Below, piece after piece: positions 1 to 43,080 of a stretch of DNA of 64,000 bases. Every line of letters starts with the position of its first letter. The first letter of the stretch is position 1. The notes beneath the pieces were generated by a model. It saw only the letters and a program-made list of their open reading frames with translations, was not told the origin of the DNA and made no database searches. Position numbers and translations under genes: made by a program. This DNA comes from Chiloscyllium plagiosum (taxonomy: Eukaryota): NCBI RefSeq assembly GCF_004010195.1, contig NC_057754.1, forward strand, positions 1,458,709 to 1,522,708. Reading direction: 5' to 3'.

Positions 1-345
1 TTCCTCTGGCAGCTCATTCCACACACGCACCACCCTCTGTGTGAAAATGTTGCCCCTTAGGCCCCTTTTATATCTTTCCCCTCTCACCCTAAACCTATGC
101 CCTCTAGTTCTGGACTCCCCCACCCCAGGGAAAAGACCTTGTCTATTTACCCTATCCATGTCCCTCATAATTTTATAAACCTATAAAGGTCACCCCTCAG
201 CCTCCGACACACCAGCGAAACAGCCCCAGCCTATTCAGCCTCTCCCTTTAGCTCAAACCCTCCAACAACCTAGTAAAACCTTTCTGAACCCTTTTAAGTT
301 TCACAACATCCTTCTTATTGCAGGGAGACCAGAATTGTTGGACTG
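1..345 (-). mobile_element. CR1/HER1-like LINE 3' fragment
   Basis: Reverse complement of the RLRGDL / RTRGH region seen in other copies. Confidence 0.8.
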
Positions 346-1432
346 AAGGGGATTGGGAAAAGAACTCGAGGGAGGGATGAGGAGAAATTTGGTGATGATT
401 TCAGAACCCAGTACCTGGAAGGCTGGTGGAAGCAAACTCCAGTGACAATGAACTGAATGGATAAAAGCTCGAAAAGGCAACATTTGCAAGACAAAATGGA
501 AATAATTGGAGTGGTCTAGGTTCGATGGGCTGAACAGCAGCCTCCAGCACTGTGTGAGGCTACAATGCAATTCCGCTCGTCCTCTTGATGTTACAAACGC
601 GTCTCAATAAAGCAGCCCCCCCCCCATGAAACAGCAAGTTGAGTTAAAGCCTCACCAGTTCGCCCAGGGTCCGGCTGCTCCTGGTCACAGTTGCTGGTAA
701 ATCGGTGAGCAAGTGTCTTTTCCTCGTTAGCATGTGCCAGAAATGAAGACTTCCTGCTCGCTTCTCAGTCTCTTCTCTCTCTGAGCAGGGCGTTTCCCAC
801 CAATTTCAAACATGCAAGCAGTTTCCGTTCAGGGAGAAGTTTGTCCACTCCGGATTCTGGTTTCTTTTTAATAAAAATGATTGCCCTCCTGCAGCTCACT
901 GAAGTAAAAAAAAAGCTTCAACTTACCTTTAGTGAGTTCCAGACTAACTACTGGGCAGGTTTTGCAATCTCGAGGTGGTGACTGTGCAGACGTGCCTAGG
1001 GCAAGGCACTAGAGTCATATACCTACCTGTGGCTGAGGATTCATGTTTACAAAGATTCGAGCTGCTTTCGTTCAAGCCCTGCCCCATTGAGCTGTCACAT
1101 TTTCTTACAGTTGGTGTCTAATCTTTGAAGTTGCTTAAAAGCTGATGGTACCTTTTTTTAAAAAATTGCATCCAAGTTTGAGGTATGTTGGAAATTAAAA
1201 TTGCCCTGTCTGAACACGTCCAACTGTTATGGAGTATGTTTTTGTGTGGAGGGAGTCTCCTGGACTGCTCTCATTCACGTTTCCAACAGAGCTTTTCACA
1301 TCCCTGCTTTTTAATTGATTCCTGGGATGTGGGGTGGGTCACTAGCGGACTCCAGCATTTGTTGCCCCTCGAGAAGGTGGTGGTGAGCTGTCTTCTCGTG
1401 GGTTAATCCACAATGTCATTAGGGAAGGATGA

Positions 1433-2392
1433 TGTGGATGTGCTGGACTGGGTTGGATAAAGGGTAAAAAAAATCACCAGGTTATAGCCAATAGGTTTAA
1501 TTGGAAGCACTAGCTTTCGGAGTGCCGCTCCTTTATCAGGTTGTTGTGGAAGACAGAATTTATAGCAAAAGTTTACGTGTGATGTAACTGAAATTATACA
1601 TTGAAAAATACCGTGATTGTTTGTGGAGTCTCTCATCTGTTCAAATACCATGATAGTTTCACTTCTATCGTAAGTAAATCACAAAACTTTTTTTCCCCCT
1701 TAAAAAAGTTACATTCTCAGGTTAACTGTAACAATTGGTGTCAGCCAGATAAAATGTTGAAAGCGTTAGCCCACTTTTTAGATTAGAATCAGTCTAACCA
1801 TTATGGCACAGAGAACACAGGGGGCTCACACCTTCAACATCTTATCTGGCTGACACCAATTGTTAGTTCACCTGAGAATTTAACATATAGAAAAAAAGTT
1901 TTGTGATTTACATATGAAAGAAGTGAAACTATCATGGTCATTCTAACAGATGAGAGAGCTGAAAATGTGTTGCTGGAAAAGCCTTCTTCAGGCTTATCCC
2001 CAAAACGTCGATTCTCCTGTTCCCTGGATGCTGCCTGACCTGCTGCGCTTTTCCAGCAACACATTTTCAGCTCTGATCTCCAGCATCTGCAGACCTCACT
2101 TTCTCCTAACAGATGAGAGACTCAGCAAAGAATCAAGGTATTTTTCAATGTATACATCACACTGTAAACTTTTGCTATAAATTCTGTGTCTTACAATCAT
2201 GTCCTCCACAACCACCTGATGAAGGAGCGGTGCTCCGAAAGCTAGTGCTTCCAATTAAACCTGTTGGACTGTAACCTGGTGTTATGTACACCCCAGTCCA
2301 ACACCTGCATCTCCAAATCAGGTTTATTTGCAAACACTAGCTTTTGGAGTGCTGCTCCTTCATCAGGCCTGGTGTTGTGTGGTTTTTAACCT
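1433..2392. mobile_element. Fold-back family A element (~300-bp inverted arms) with nested family B hairpin element at 1958-2105
   Basis: 1466-1771 is inverse-complementary to 1823-2285; nested insert flanked by 15-bp TSD CTAACAGATGAGAGA (1943-1957, 2106-2120). Confidence 0.82.
2213..2247 (+). ncRNA. Minimal type I hammerhead ribozyme motif (family A)
   Basis: cac-CTGATGA-A-GGAGC-ggt-GCTCC-GAAA-GC-TA-gtg, palindromic AGCT; related copies at ~1508-1541(-), 2336-2367(-), 24230-24262(-), 24287-24320(+), 36507-36541(+). Confidence 0.75.
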
Positions 2393-5030
2393 CGAGGGAG
2401 GGAGTTTCAGGATTTTGACCCAGCCACACTGAAAGAACAGTGATATATTTCCAAGTCAGGAACTTGCAGGGGGTGGTGTATGATATTCTCATTGAGTGAA
2501 AAATTCCCAAATTCTATGTCTCCACCCTTTTCTTTTCACAAAAAGTACGTAACAAAGTTCATTTCCTTTCCTGGCCCAGCAGAGTCATTGCTATGAATAA
2601 GTTTTGTATGAAATCATCTCTCCATCATACACTGTCAGGAATGTTTCACAATGCAGACGTCACATCATGTGTATCATCGATTGCACAACCTGCCTCAGAG
2701 GTGTCGAGAATCTCTCTAAGGCAAACTTTCCTAGTGCAAACCTATCACATTCCTTTAAACTTGAATTTTGCTCAACTGAATAGCCAGCAGCTTCCACATC
2801 CACTTATCACTAGAGTGCTACTACCTGGGAGGACAAGGGCACCATATATATGGGAACACCATCCTTGGCAAGTAGCCTTCTGGGCTGCAAATGGTCCTGA
2901 CCCAGAAGTATAATTGGTCATTCCAATCATGCCTCTAGGTCAAATTTCTGGAGCTCCCTCTCTAACAACATTGAGGGTGTCTTTACAATCCCAAGGATTA
3001 ATGGTTCAAGGTAGCAGCTCACCAGCTCTTTCTCCAGGTAATTTGGGAGATGGACAGTATATGTTGTGCCTGGCCAGCACCACATGTGAAGAATGGATAG
3101 AAATAAAAGCTTCTGGGCCTTTAAACCCTGGCATTGGACTTTAGCCTAGAGCCTCTGGCTCAAATGCAGGGACAATACCACTACACTACATGACTTTCCA
3201 AGTTCTGTTCTAATGCTCATTAGACTCAATGGTTAACTTAATATGAAGGAAATATGCTACTGACTCAGTGTATCTGTACAAAAGCATTTCCTTTTTTTGT
3301 GCATCTCTCCCCAAAAGTCAATTGTGAATATTTGCCAAGTTGGTCTCCTGCCTCTTCAATTAGTCATGGAGTAGTCAACCTTTTACATTGTGACACTACG
3401 CCATTTCTTGGCGTTTGCCCACACAGCAAACCTGTTACAGATACTTATTTGTGAGCAGTAGGCAGAAGCTTGGACCTTTGGTGACATACTGCTCAGGTCT
3501 GGGATTTCCCCACCGATAGGTGGATATTTTGATAGTGCACCATTGGAAAAGGGGTTTCCCCATGAAATGGTTACAACCATATGCGCACTGTTACTTCAGG
3601 GCACCTGACAAGCTCTGTTGAAAGAATCAGTGGCATTACATTGGTGGCAGCTGTAACCAAACAGGTCGTATAGAACCAAAAAGCTCTAGGGCCAACACAC
3701 ACTCCTGAATGTTGCAGATGCTGCTTTTTGGCAGCATATTGAACCAATGACCCCACCCTACCTTCTGAAGTGGTAACAAGATCCTGTAATACATGTAAAA
3801 ATTCTCCCTCAGTGTCCTGGCCAATATTTAACACAATCAATGCCACAAAGCCTGGTTATCTGCTGGTATCTATGATCTCGGCAACATTCAATTCAGGATG
3901 CTGGATGAACTGGAGATCCACAGCTGCTGTCTTTCTAGGTCAAGCCACACGAGAAAACCCTTGCAATTTGCTGCAATGTATCTTACAACTTTGCAGCCAC
4001 AAAATACCAGTGGCAGGACTGACGGGTTCAAGGCAACATATGAGTTGTCAACCAAGCAGCCTGCTTTATCATTGAGCAACTCGCCTTGACAATAGTTCCT
4101 ATCCTGACAACTTTAGAATCAACAGTGACCCCTGAAGGATGTTGCCGGTATTTCATTTACACAATTCTTAAACAGTAGGTACAGTTTCATTTATCCTGTG
4201 CTTGGAGTAAGGTTTCTGGAAGATAGCATCTAGAATATTCACCTTATTAAAAAGAACAAGGAACCCAATTCACACCAATTGAGATCACACTGTCTCTTGT
4301 GGATTCAGCTGTTTGGCTAAGTTTAAAGAAAAACAGGAACAAGGGAGATGAAGTATCACCAGCTGCAATGTTGATACATCCTTCCTAAATCTGATTTGGA
4401 AGGAGTTAAAAAATTCAGATGGAGTTCCCCTTAGATATAGGAAGTGTGAGCATTTCAAAATATTCAATTAAGCATGAAAGTCCTACAACTCAAATTCACC
4501 TCCACTCATTTAAAAGGACAGAGAGTCCATTCTCTTTTGTATCCTGATGTCCAAACTCACTTCCAAGCTTTGAAAGAATGATCACAAGGTAAAATCTTAA
4601 GGTATCTATGGGAAAGAGCTCAGGAAAACCACCATCTTTAGAAGGCGAGAAAACATTTTGGGGAACACAAAATGCCCAAATATTTCAAAACTAGAATATT
4701 ACGATCAGTAGATGATCTGAACACAGTTCCCATTTTAGGCAGATGGAGGCAAGCAATGGTGAATAAAAACCCCAACAAAATGGTAGTTGTGTACAATTAG
4801 AACTTGCTGGTTACCCAAGCAGCTGCATGTGAGAAATGGTGTTAAAGTACAGGCACTGTGAAAATTCAGAGAAAGGGAGAGACCATACAGTCAAAAAGAC
4901 AACCAAATGATGTAGAGGATTACACAAAACATGCCACACATTACATATATGAATACATTATGTCTGTAAATTGTAAAATGTACAGCAAACAGAACAAGAC
5001 AAGAGGTGCGCAGATAATTGGATACAACAC

Positions 5031-5273
5031 TTTAATGCAACTCTTCACATGCAATAAACTGCAAAATCTGAAAACCCCTTCATCTCTACATTTACTGCAA
5101 GGTTATAACAGCAGAGATGCACCTTTCATATTGTCATTTTAAAAACAAAAAATAAAATTACAGAAGTGCACAGGCTATAGGTTTGCACCAAGATTGCGCT
5201 AAATATCATTAGATCACAAAATAATCAGATGTCACAAATAAAAACAAATGTGAGATGCTGTACACTTTTTATT
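5031..5273 (-). terminator. Candidate STIP1 polyadenylation signals: AATAAA (5268-5273) and ATTAAA (5031-5036)
   Basis: Hexamers ~115 and ~350 nt past the stop, each followed by U/GU-rich sequence on the minus strand. Confidence 0.5.
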
Positions 5274-5386
5274 TTGGCTGCTTTAATTGTGTCTTTTTCC
5301 TCCTGTTTCCCTCCCTCCCTTAAATCCCCAGAGGGCTTTTTCCTGTCAGACTGTCCTAGCTTCATCTCTGCTGAAATCTTGAGTCA

Positions 5387-38125
<32,739 letters not shown>

Positions 38126-38153
38126 CAGCAGTTCGACCAGCTCACCATGCGCC

Positions 38154-38193
38154 TTCTCGAACTTACCAGAACTCGCGCCGGAAGTCCCGCCCC
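38154..38193. promoter_or_regulatory. STIP1 proximal promoter: heat-shock element TTCtcGAActTACcaGAA, ETS site CCGGAAGT, GC box
   Basis: Four alternating nGAAn units (one mismatch) at 38154-38171; CCGGAAGT 38178-38185; CCCGCCCC 38186-38193; fits an HSF1-inducible co-chaperone. Confidence 0.75.
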
Positions 38194-38237
38194 CACCTCC
38201 TGCATGCTCCCAGTGGCTGCTGGCCTGGACGCTCTCC

Positions 38238-38765
38238 CTTTCGATTGGTGCAACCGTCGGTCCATCCGCGGATGGCGTCCCCGCCCCTACACTTCGCATT
38301 AGCCCGGACCATCCGCTTCCTCCTTTCTGATTAGTCCACCCTGTAGTCCATCGTCGGAATGGTTCCCGCCTCCAATTCTTATTCGTCAGGGCTTCACTTT
38401 CCATTAGTCCAATTGCCCGTCTATCATCCGGTGGTTGACCCATCCCCGCCTTCGGGGTCACGACCGTCACAATTTTCACATTCAATTGGCTCACAGACCA
38501 ATCCATCAACCGAAGTCCATCCCGCCTCCAAACCGTCGCACACCATTGGACCGCCCCCTAGATATCCCATTTCGATTGGTTAGCCTCCCGTCAATTACTC
38601 GACATTCCCGCCCATGCCCGTGCTCCCGCTCGTTCATTGGCCGAATATGGGCAGTAGGGCTGTCAACCAGGACGATATGGCCAATTGGAAGAACGGCCCC
38701 GCCCTAATCCGGCTCACTCGAGTCCACGGGTCGGCCTGACTTTACCAAGGGAACATTCCAGAGCA
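38238..38765. promoter_or_regulatory. STIP1 CpG-island upstream promoter with repeated CCAAT and GC boxes and a second HSE-like site (GAAcaTTCcaGAG, 38751-38763)
   Basis: High CpG density; multiple ATTGG/CCAAT and CCCGCC motifs. Confidence 0.7.
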
Positions 38766-39067
38766 CAGCTGTACCAGACAGTTTACTTTAAGGGTCTTCG
38801 TAAACAACTTGCTAACAGGATTGAAATGGAATGTGTTACGTGACTATTAAGATGTTGAGAAGCATATTAGGTGGAACATGCCCTGTGTATTGCAAATTAT
38901 ATAATTAATGTTTTAACTCAGTTTTTTGTATGGTGTTTATTTTTAAAAATGAATAAAGGATATTTCTGGAAATAAATAATACTAACACCCCCACAACTAA
39001 TTTCTAATTCTGTACTTGACAGGATGTGCAAATTTTAAAATGCTTACAAAGCAAATCAGAACTTTGA

Positions 39068-39392
39068 TTCATTGAATCCCTACTGTAAGGAAGCAGGCCA
39101 TTCAGCCCATACTGACCCCACCAGGACCCACATCCCCCCCCCCTCCCATACCCTGCAACCCTGAATATTCCATGGTTAATTCATCCCTGGACACTATGAA
39201 TTATTTAGCATGGCCAATCCACCTAACCTGCACCACTTTGGACTGTGGGAGGAAACTGGAGCACCTGGAGGAAATCCACGTAGACACAGGGAGAACGTGC
39301 AAACTCCACACAGACAATCGCCCGAGGCTGGAATCAAACCCTGGTCCTTCGTGCTGTGAGACAGTAATGTTAACCACTAAGCCACCATGACA
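39068..39392 (-). mobile_element. HE1-like SINE
   Basis: Reverse complement of the same SINE consensus. Confidence 0.82.
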
Positions 39393-40349
39393 CCTAATTT
39401 GATTTGAAAATTGCAGAATATGCAATACAATTCAACCTGCCTTTGCAGGACATATCCAACTGATATGATTGTAACCATCGTAACATTCACACACACATTC
39501 CATGTCGGATCTTAGGCCCCCCAGCAGTTGTGGGCGAAAATGATCAAAAGACTGGAATAGGACAGAAAAGATAGAGAAGGGTGTCAGGGTTGGAGAAGGT
39601 TATCAAATTTATTACTCATTCTGATAAAGGGTCACTGGACTGATTGTTAACTCTGCTTTCTCTCCATAGATGCTGCCAGATCTGCTGAGTTTCTCCAGCG
39701 ATTTCTGTTTTTGTTTCAGACCGTTGACCCTGTTGTGCTTTAATTAAGCTCAAGGTTGCTGTTCATACCATCTTCAAATCCTTCCTAAAGTATATTCACA
39801 GTTCATTTTATTTTGAAACCATCAAAGCTTCAACATGTCCTGTGGGAGAGAGTTCCACATGCTCACCACACTGAGTATAGAATTTGCCCTGATTTCCCCT
39901 TTGGATTTATTCATAGTTTTGGATTCTCCGACATGTGTAAAAATTTCCTCCACTGCCTATTACCTGCTTCTCCTTTTCTTCTTGCCTCATTTTTAAAATT
40001 TTATTTTTAGAATTCAAAGCCCTGAAAATAATCCCTTTTGAGGAGACTGATTGACTCCTTAGCTGGCTCACGGTAAAGTTCTTAAATTGTCTTCTAGGCT
40101 CCTGTGAATCACTTCAGGGAACATTTTACAATATTTAGGGATGCTCAATGAATGTAAAGTTGTGGTGCAGGCAGGTGGACTTTCATCTGAAAATGAAGAA
40201 TGTGCAGGGTTATGGCAGAAGAAGCCAAGTGTTCTTTTGCAAATTGTTCTTTTGTAAGCCAGTGCAGAAATGATGTGGCGAATTGTCTCCTGTGTGTTAA
40301 TTAAACTGTGACACAAAATAAGTGTAAGACAAGTTGCAAGAGGGATACA

Positions 40350-41130
40350 AACAATTTTCAGAGTAACATTGATAGATTAAATAAATGAGCAAAAAAATAG
40401 GCAAATTGAGTATTATGTGGGAAAATGTGAAGTTGTTCAGTTTGGAAGGCAGAACAAAAGGACAGTATTGTTTAAATGGAGAAAAATTACAGAAAGCAGC
40501 AATCTAAAGAGACTTAGGTGTACTCATGCACGAAACACAAAAAACTAGCACACAGGGGCAGCAGGTAATCTGGAAGACTAATGGAATGCCGTCCCATAGT
40601 ACAAGAGTAGGGAAGTTTTACTGTTACAGTACAAGTTGCTTGGCAAGATCACATTTTGGTCTCTGGTGTTATTCATTGGAGGCAGTTCACAGAAGGCTCA
40701 CTAAGGATGATTCCTGGTATGGGGAGAGATTGTCTTATGACCAAAGACTAATCAGTTTGGGACTGGGGTTTAGAAGAATGAGCGGTGACCTTATTTGAAA
40801 CATAGGTAATTCTTAAGGGCCTTGACAGTGTAAGTGTGGAGAGGATGTTTCTCCTCATGGAAGAGTCTAGGACCAGGCGGCATAGTTTTAGAATAACAGG
40901 ACACCAATTTAAGACTTCATTTAGGAGGATTGCCACAGAGAGCTGTATGGGCAGAGTCCTTGTGCATATTAATACTGAGATATATAGATTCTAGATCATT
41001 GGGGAAATAAAGGGTGAGGGGGAAAGGTCAGCAAAATGGATGTGAAGAAGGTTGGATCAGCCACAATCCTATTGAATAGCAGAGCAGGTTCAAGAGGCCA
41101 AATTGACTAGTTCTGATCCTATATCTGTAT
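40350..41130 (+). mobile_element. Old CR1 3' relic between the STIP1 and MACROD1 promoters
   Basis: Decayed NVGKCEV...RDLGV...RMSGDL. Confidence 0.7.
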
Positions 41131-41250
41131 TCTTAATTGCAAGCTTTGATTATAGCAGATCTCCTGAACATTGGGTCCATGATACTCTTGTGCCTATGGG
41201 ACAGTGGCACGCATCGAAACATAGTTCATAAACAGAACCAAAAGCAGGTA

Positions 41251-41466
41251 ACTACAAATCCCAGAGGGCAATGCTACATGATGCCGTATGCCGCGATTCT
41301 GCTTTCCGATTGGCTCGGGCAGACAGGGAACTACAAATCCCAGAGGGTGATGCTCCACGTAAAGTTCTTCCTCAATTGATTGTTCGGGGCTGGCAGAGGA
41401 ACTACAAATCCCAGAGGGCGCTGCTCCCGACCGCCCCCCCCGATTCGCCCGAGTGGTCACGTGACC
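41251..41466 (+). promoter_or_regulatory. MACROD1 promoter: three ACTACAAATCCCAGAGGG (ZNF143/THAP11-type) motifs, CCAAT box, palindromic E-box GGTCACGTGACC
   Basis: Identical 18-mers at 41251, 41330, 41401; GATTGG near 41308; E-box 41455-41466; CpG island continues through exon 1. Confidence 0.75.
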
Positions 41467-41625
41467 GGGAAGAGCTTGCTTTTCGTGAGTCACCCCTGTC
41501 ACCCAAAATAAAATCCCACCCCGTCCCAAAAAAAAGCCCAAAAACCATTGCAGCGACCTTGACAGTGCCGTCAACCATCGAGTGCAGAGAAGCGGTAAAG
41601 GTTGAGTGGAGGGGGAAGCGAAGCG

Positions 41626-41893
41626 ATGGAGAAGGTGCTCGCCGGGTTGAGGCGGGGCCGCTTTCCTTGGAGCTGGGGGCCGTTTCGCGCGCTGCCCGTT
41701 TCGAACGTTTTTCAAATCCAACGGCCCCAACGGTCGCTGGCCGGCGGCGACGGCCCCGCGCCTGCGCGGTGGTCGCTGCGCGCCGGCCGCCGGCTCCCCT
41801 GCTCACAACCGCTGTCGTCCGCCCGCCTTTCAGGGATGTCCCGAGAGGAGTTTAACCCCTCCCGGCCCACCACCGACTGGAAAGTGGCGAAAA
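41626..41893 (+). CDS. MACROD1: MACROD1 (mono-ADP-ribose hydrolase) exon 1 with Arg-rich mitochondrial-presequence-like N-terminus
   Basis: MEKVLAGLRRGRF...MSREEFNPSRPTTDWKVAK + A|gtaagt. TDWKxAK matches recalled human MACROD1 (STDWKEAK). Head-to-head with STIP1 as in human. Confidence 0.85.
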
Positions 41894-42582
41894 GTAAGTA
41901 CCCACCGCCCCCCACCACCCCATCCTTTTTAACCACCGAACTTCCGAGCCAAGTAGTGCATTTAGCCATCGCACCTGCTGACAATAAAAGAGAGAGATTC
42001 CTCACCTCAGGAGGGCACATTCAAATCTTGCCAAATTCGAGAGGGAACAACAATTTACACTAGAGCAGTGGAAACAAAAGCAGGCACTATGATTGATTTG
42101 ATAAGTGGCCGGTTACAAACAATGCACCAAGTTCAAGAAGAAGGGTCACCGGACTTGAAAGGTTGGCACTTTCTCTCTCCACAGCCTCACCTGAGAGTTT
42201 CTGCCACAATTTCTGTTTTTGCATCAAAGAACTACTGTCCTCCACAGTTTCACTTTGTCCGGGTAAGGTGCGACTCCTGAACTGGCCCTTTTTGTCCACA
42301 GGCGAAGGATGTGAGTACATAAAAGTCAGCAAGCTGGAAGGGCAATCTTGGTTGACAGCGCATTTGGGATTGTACAACAATTGCTGTCCCATTAGAATAG
42401 AATATCTTTCACTGTCTCACTATAGTCGTTTCTGAAATCTTTTCCAATAACGATCGGATGATCATTTTAACTTGCTCTGGATTTTATTTCAAAATAGATG
42501 GTTGTTTGAAAAAAATGTTATTGGAGTTCGTAGAGAGCAACCTGTTGCAATGGTAAGTTAAAGTGTGCACTTTGCTCACTTT

Positions 42583-43080
42583 CCACAGAATCCCTACAGT
42601 GTGGGAACAGTCTAATCGGTCCAACAAGACCACACCGATCTTCCGAAGATCGTGCCACCCAGGCTCAATCCAACCTTATAATCTTGTATTTTAGCAAGTT
42701 TTGAGAAAATTTGTATCTCCGGTTGAGGTTCTGGATGTAGGTTTGCTTGCTGAGCTGGAAGGTTTATTTTCAGATGTTTTGTCATCATACTAGGTAACAT
42801 CTTCAGTGAGCGTCCGGATGGAGCTCAGTGAGCAAACCTACGTCCAGTCTTGCATTTTCCATGGCTAACACTCCAAACGTCCCCCCTGAACACCTTTGGC
42901 AACTTATCATGGCCAATCCACCTAACTTGCACATCTGTTACCATGGGAGGAAGCTGGAGCACCCGATGGAAACCCACACAAGCATGGGGAGAATCTGCAA
43001 ACTCACACACACACACGTGGAATTGAACCCCGGGACCCTGACGCTGTAAGGCAGCTGTGTGAATCACTGACTCACCCATG
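42583..43080 (-). mobile_element. HE1-like SINE split by a Penelope pLTR fragment (~42689-42825)
   Basis: SINE head 42830-43080, tail 42583-42680; intervening piece matches 44655-44785. Confidence 0.75.

Noticed and set aside
3254..4467. Cluster of short ORFs downstream of STIP1
   Set aside because: No recognisable domain, no consistent frame or splice pattern.
41251..41418. Three identical 18-bp repeats with spacers, superficially CRISPR-like
   Set aside because: Vertebrate promoter context, repeat too short, no cas genes, and it matches the ZNF143/THAP11 motif.
41626..41893. This exon as ZDHHC24 exon 1 (a normal ZDHHC24 gene)
   Set aside because: No TM helices or similarity to the ZDHHC24 N-terminus, no DHHC exon found in between, and it matches MACROD1 and splices in phase to 59070.
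41194..42020. Overlapping 100-194 aa ORFs on both strands at MACROD1 exon 1
   Set aside because: By-products of high GC; only the frame ending TDWKVAK has a donor and homology.
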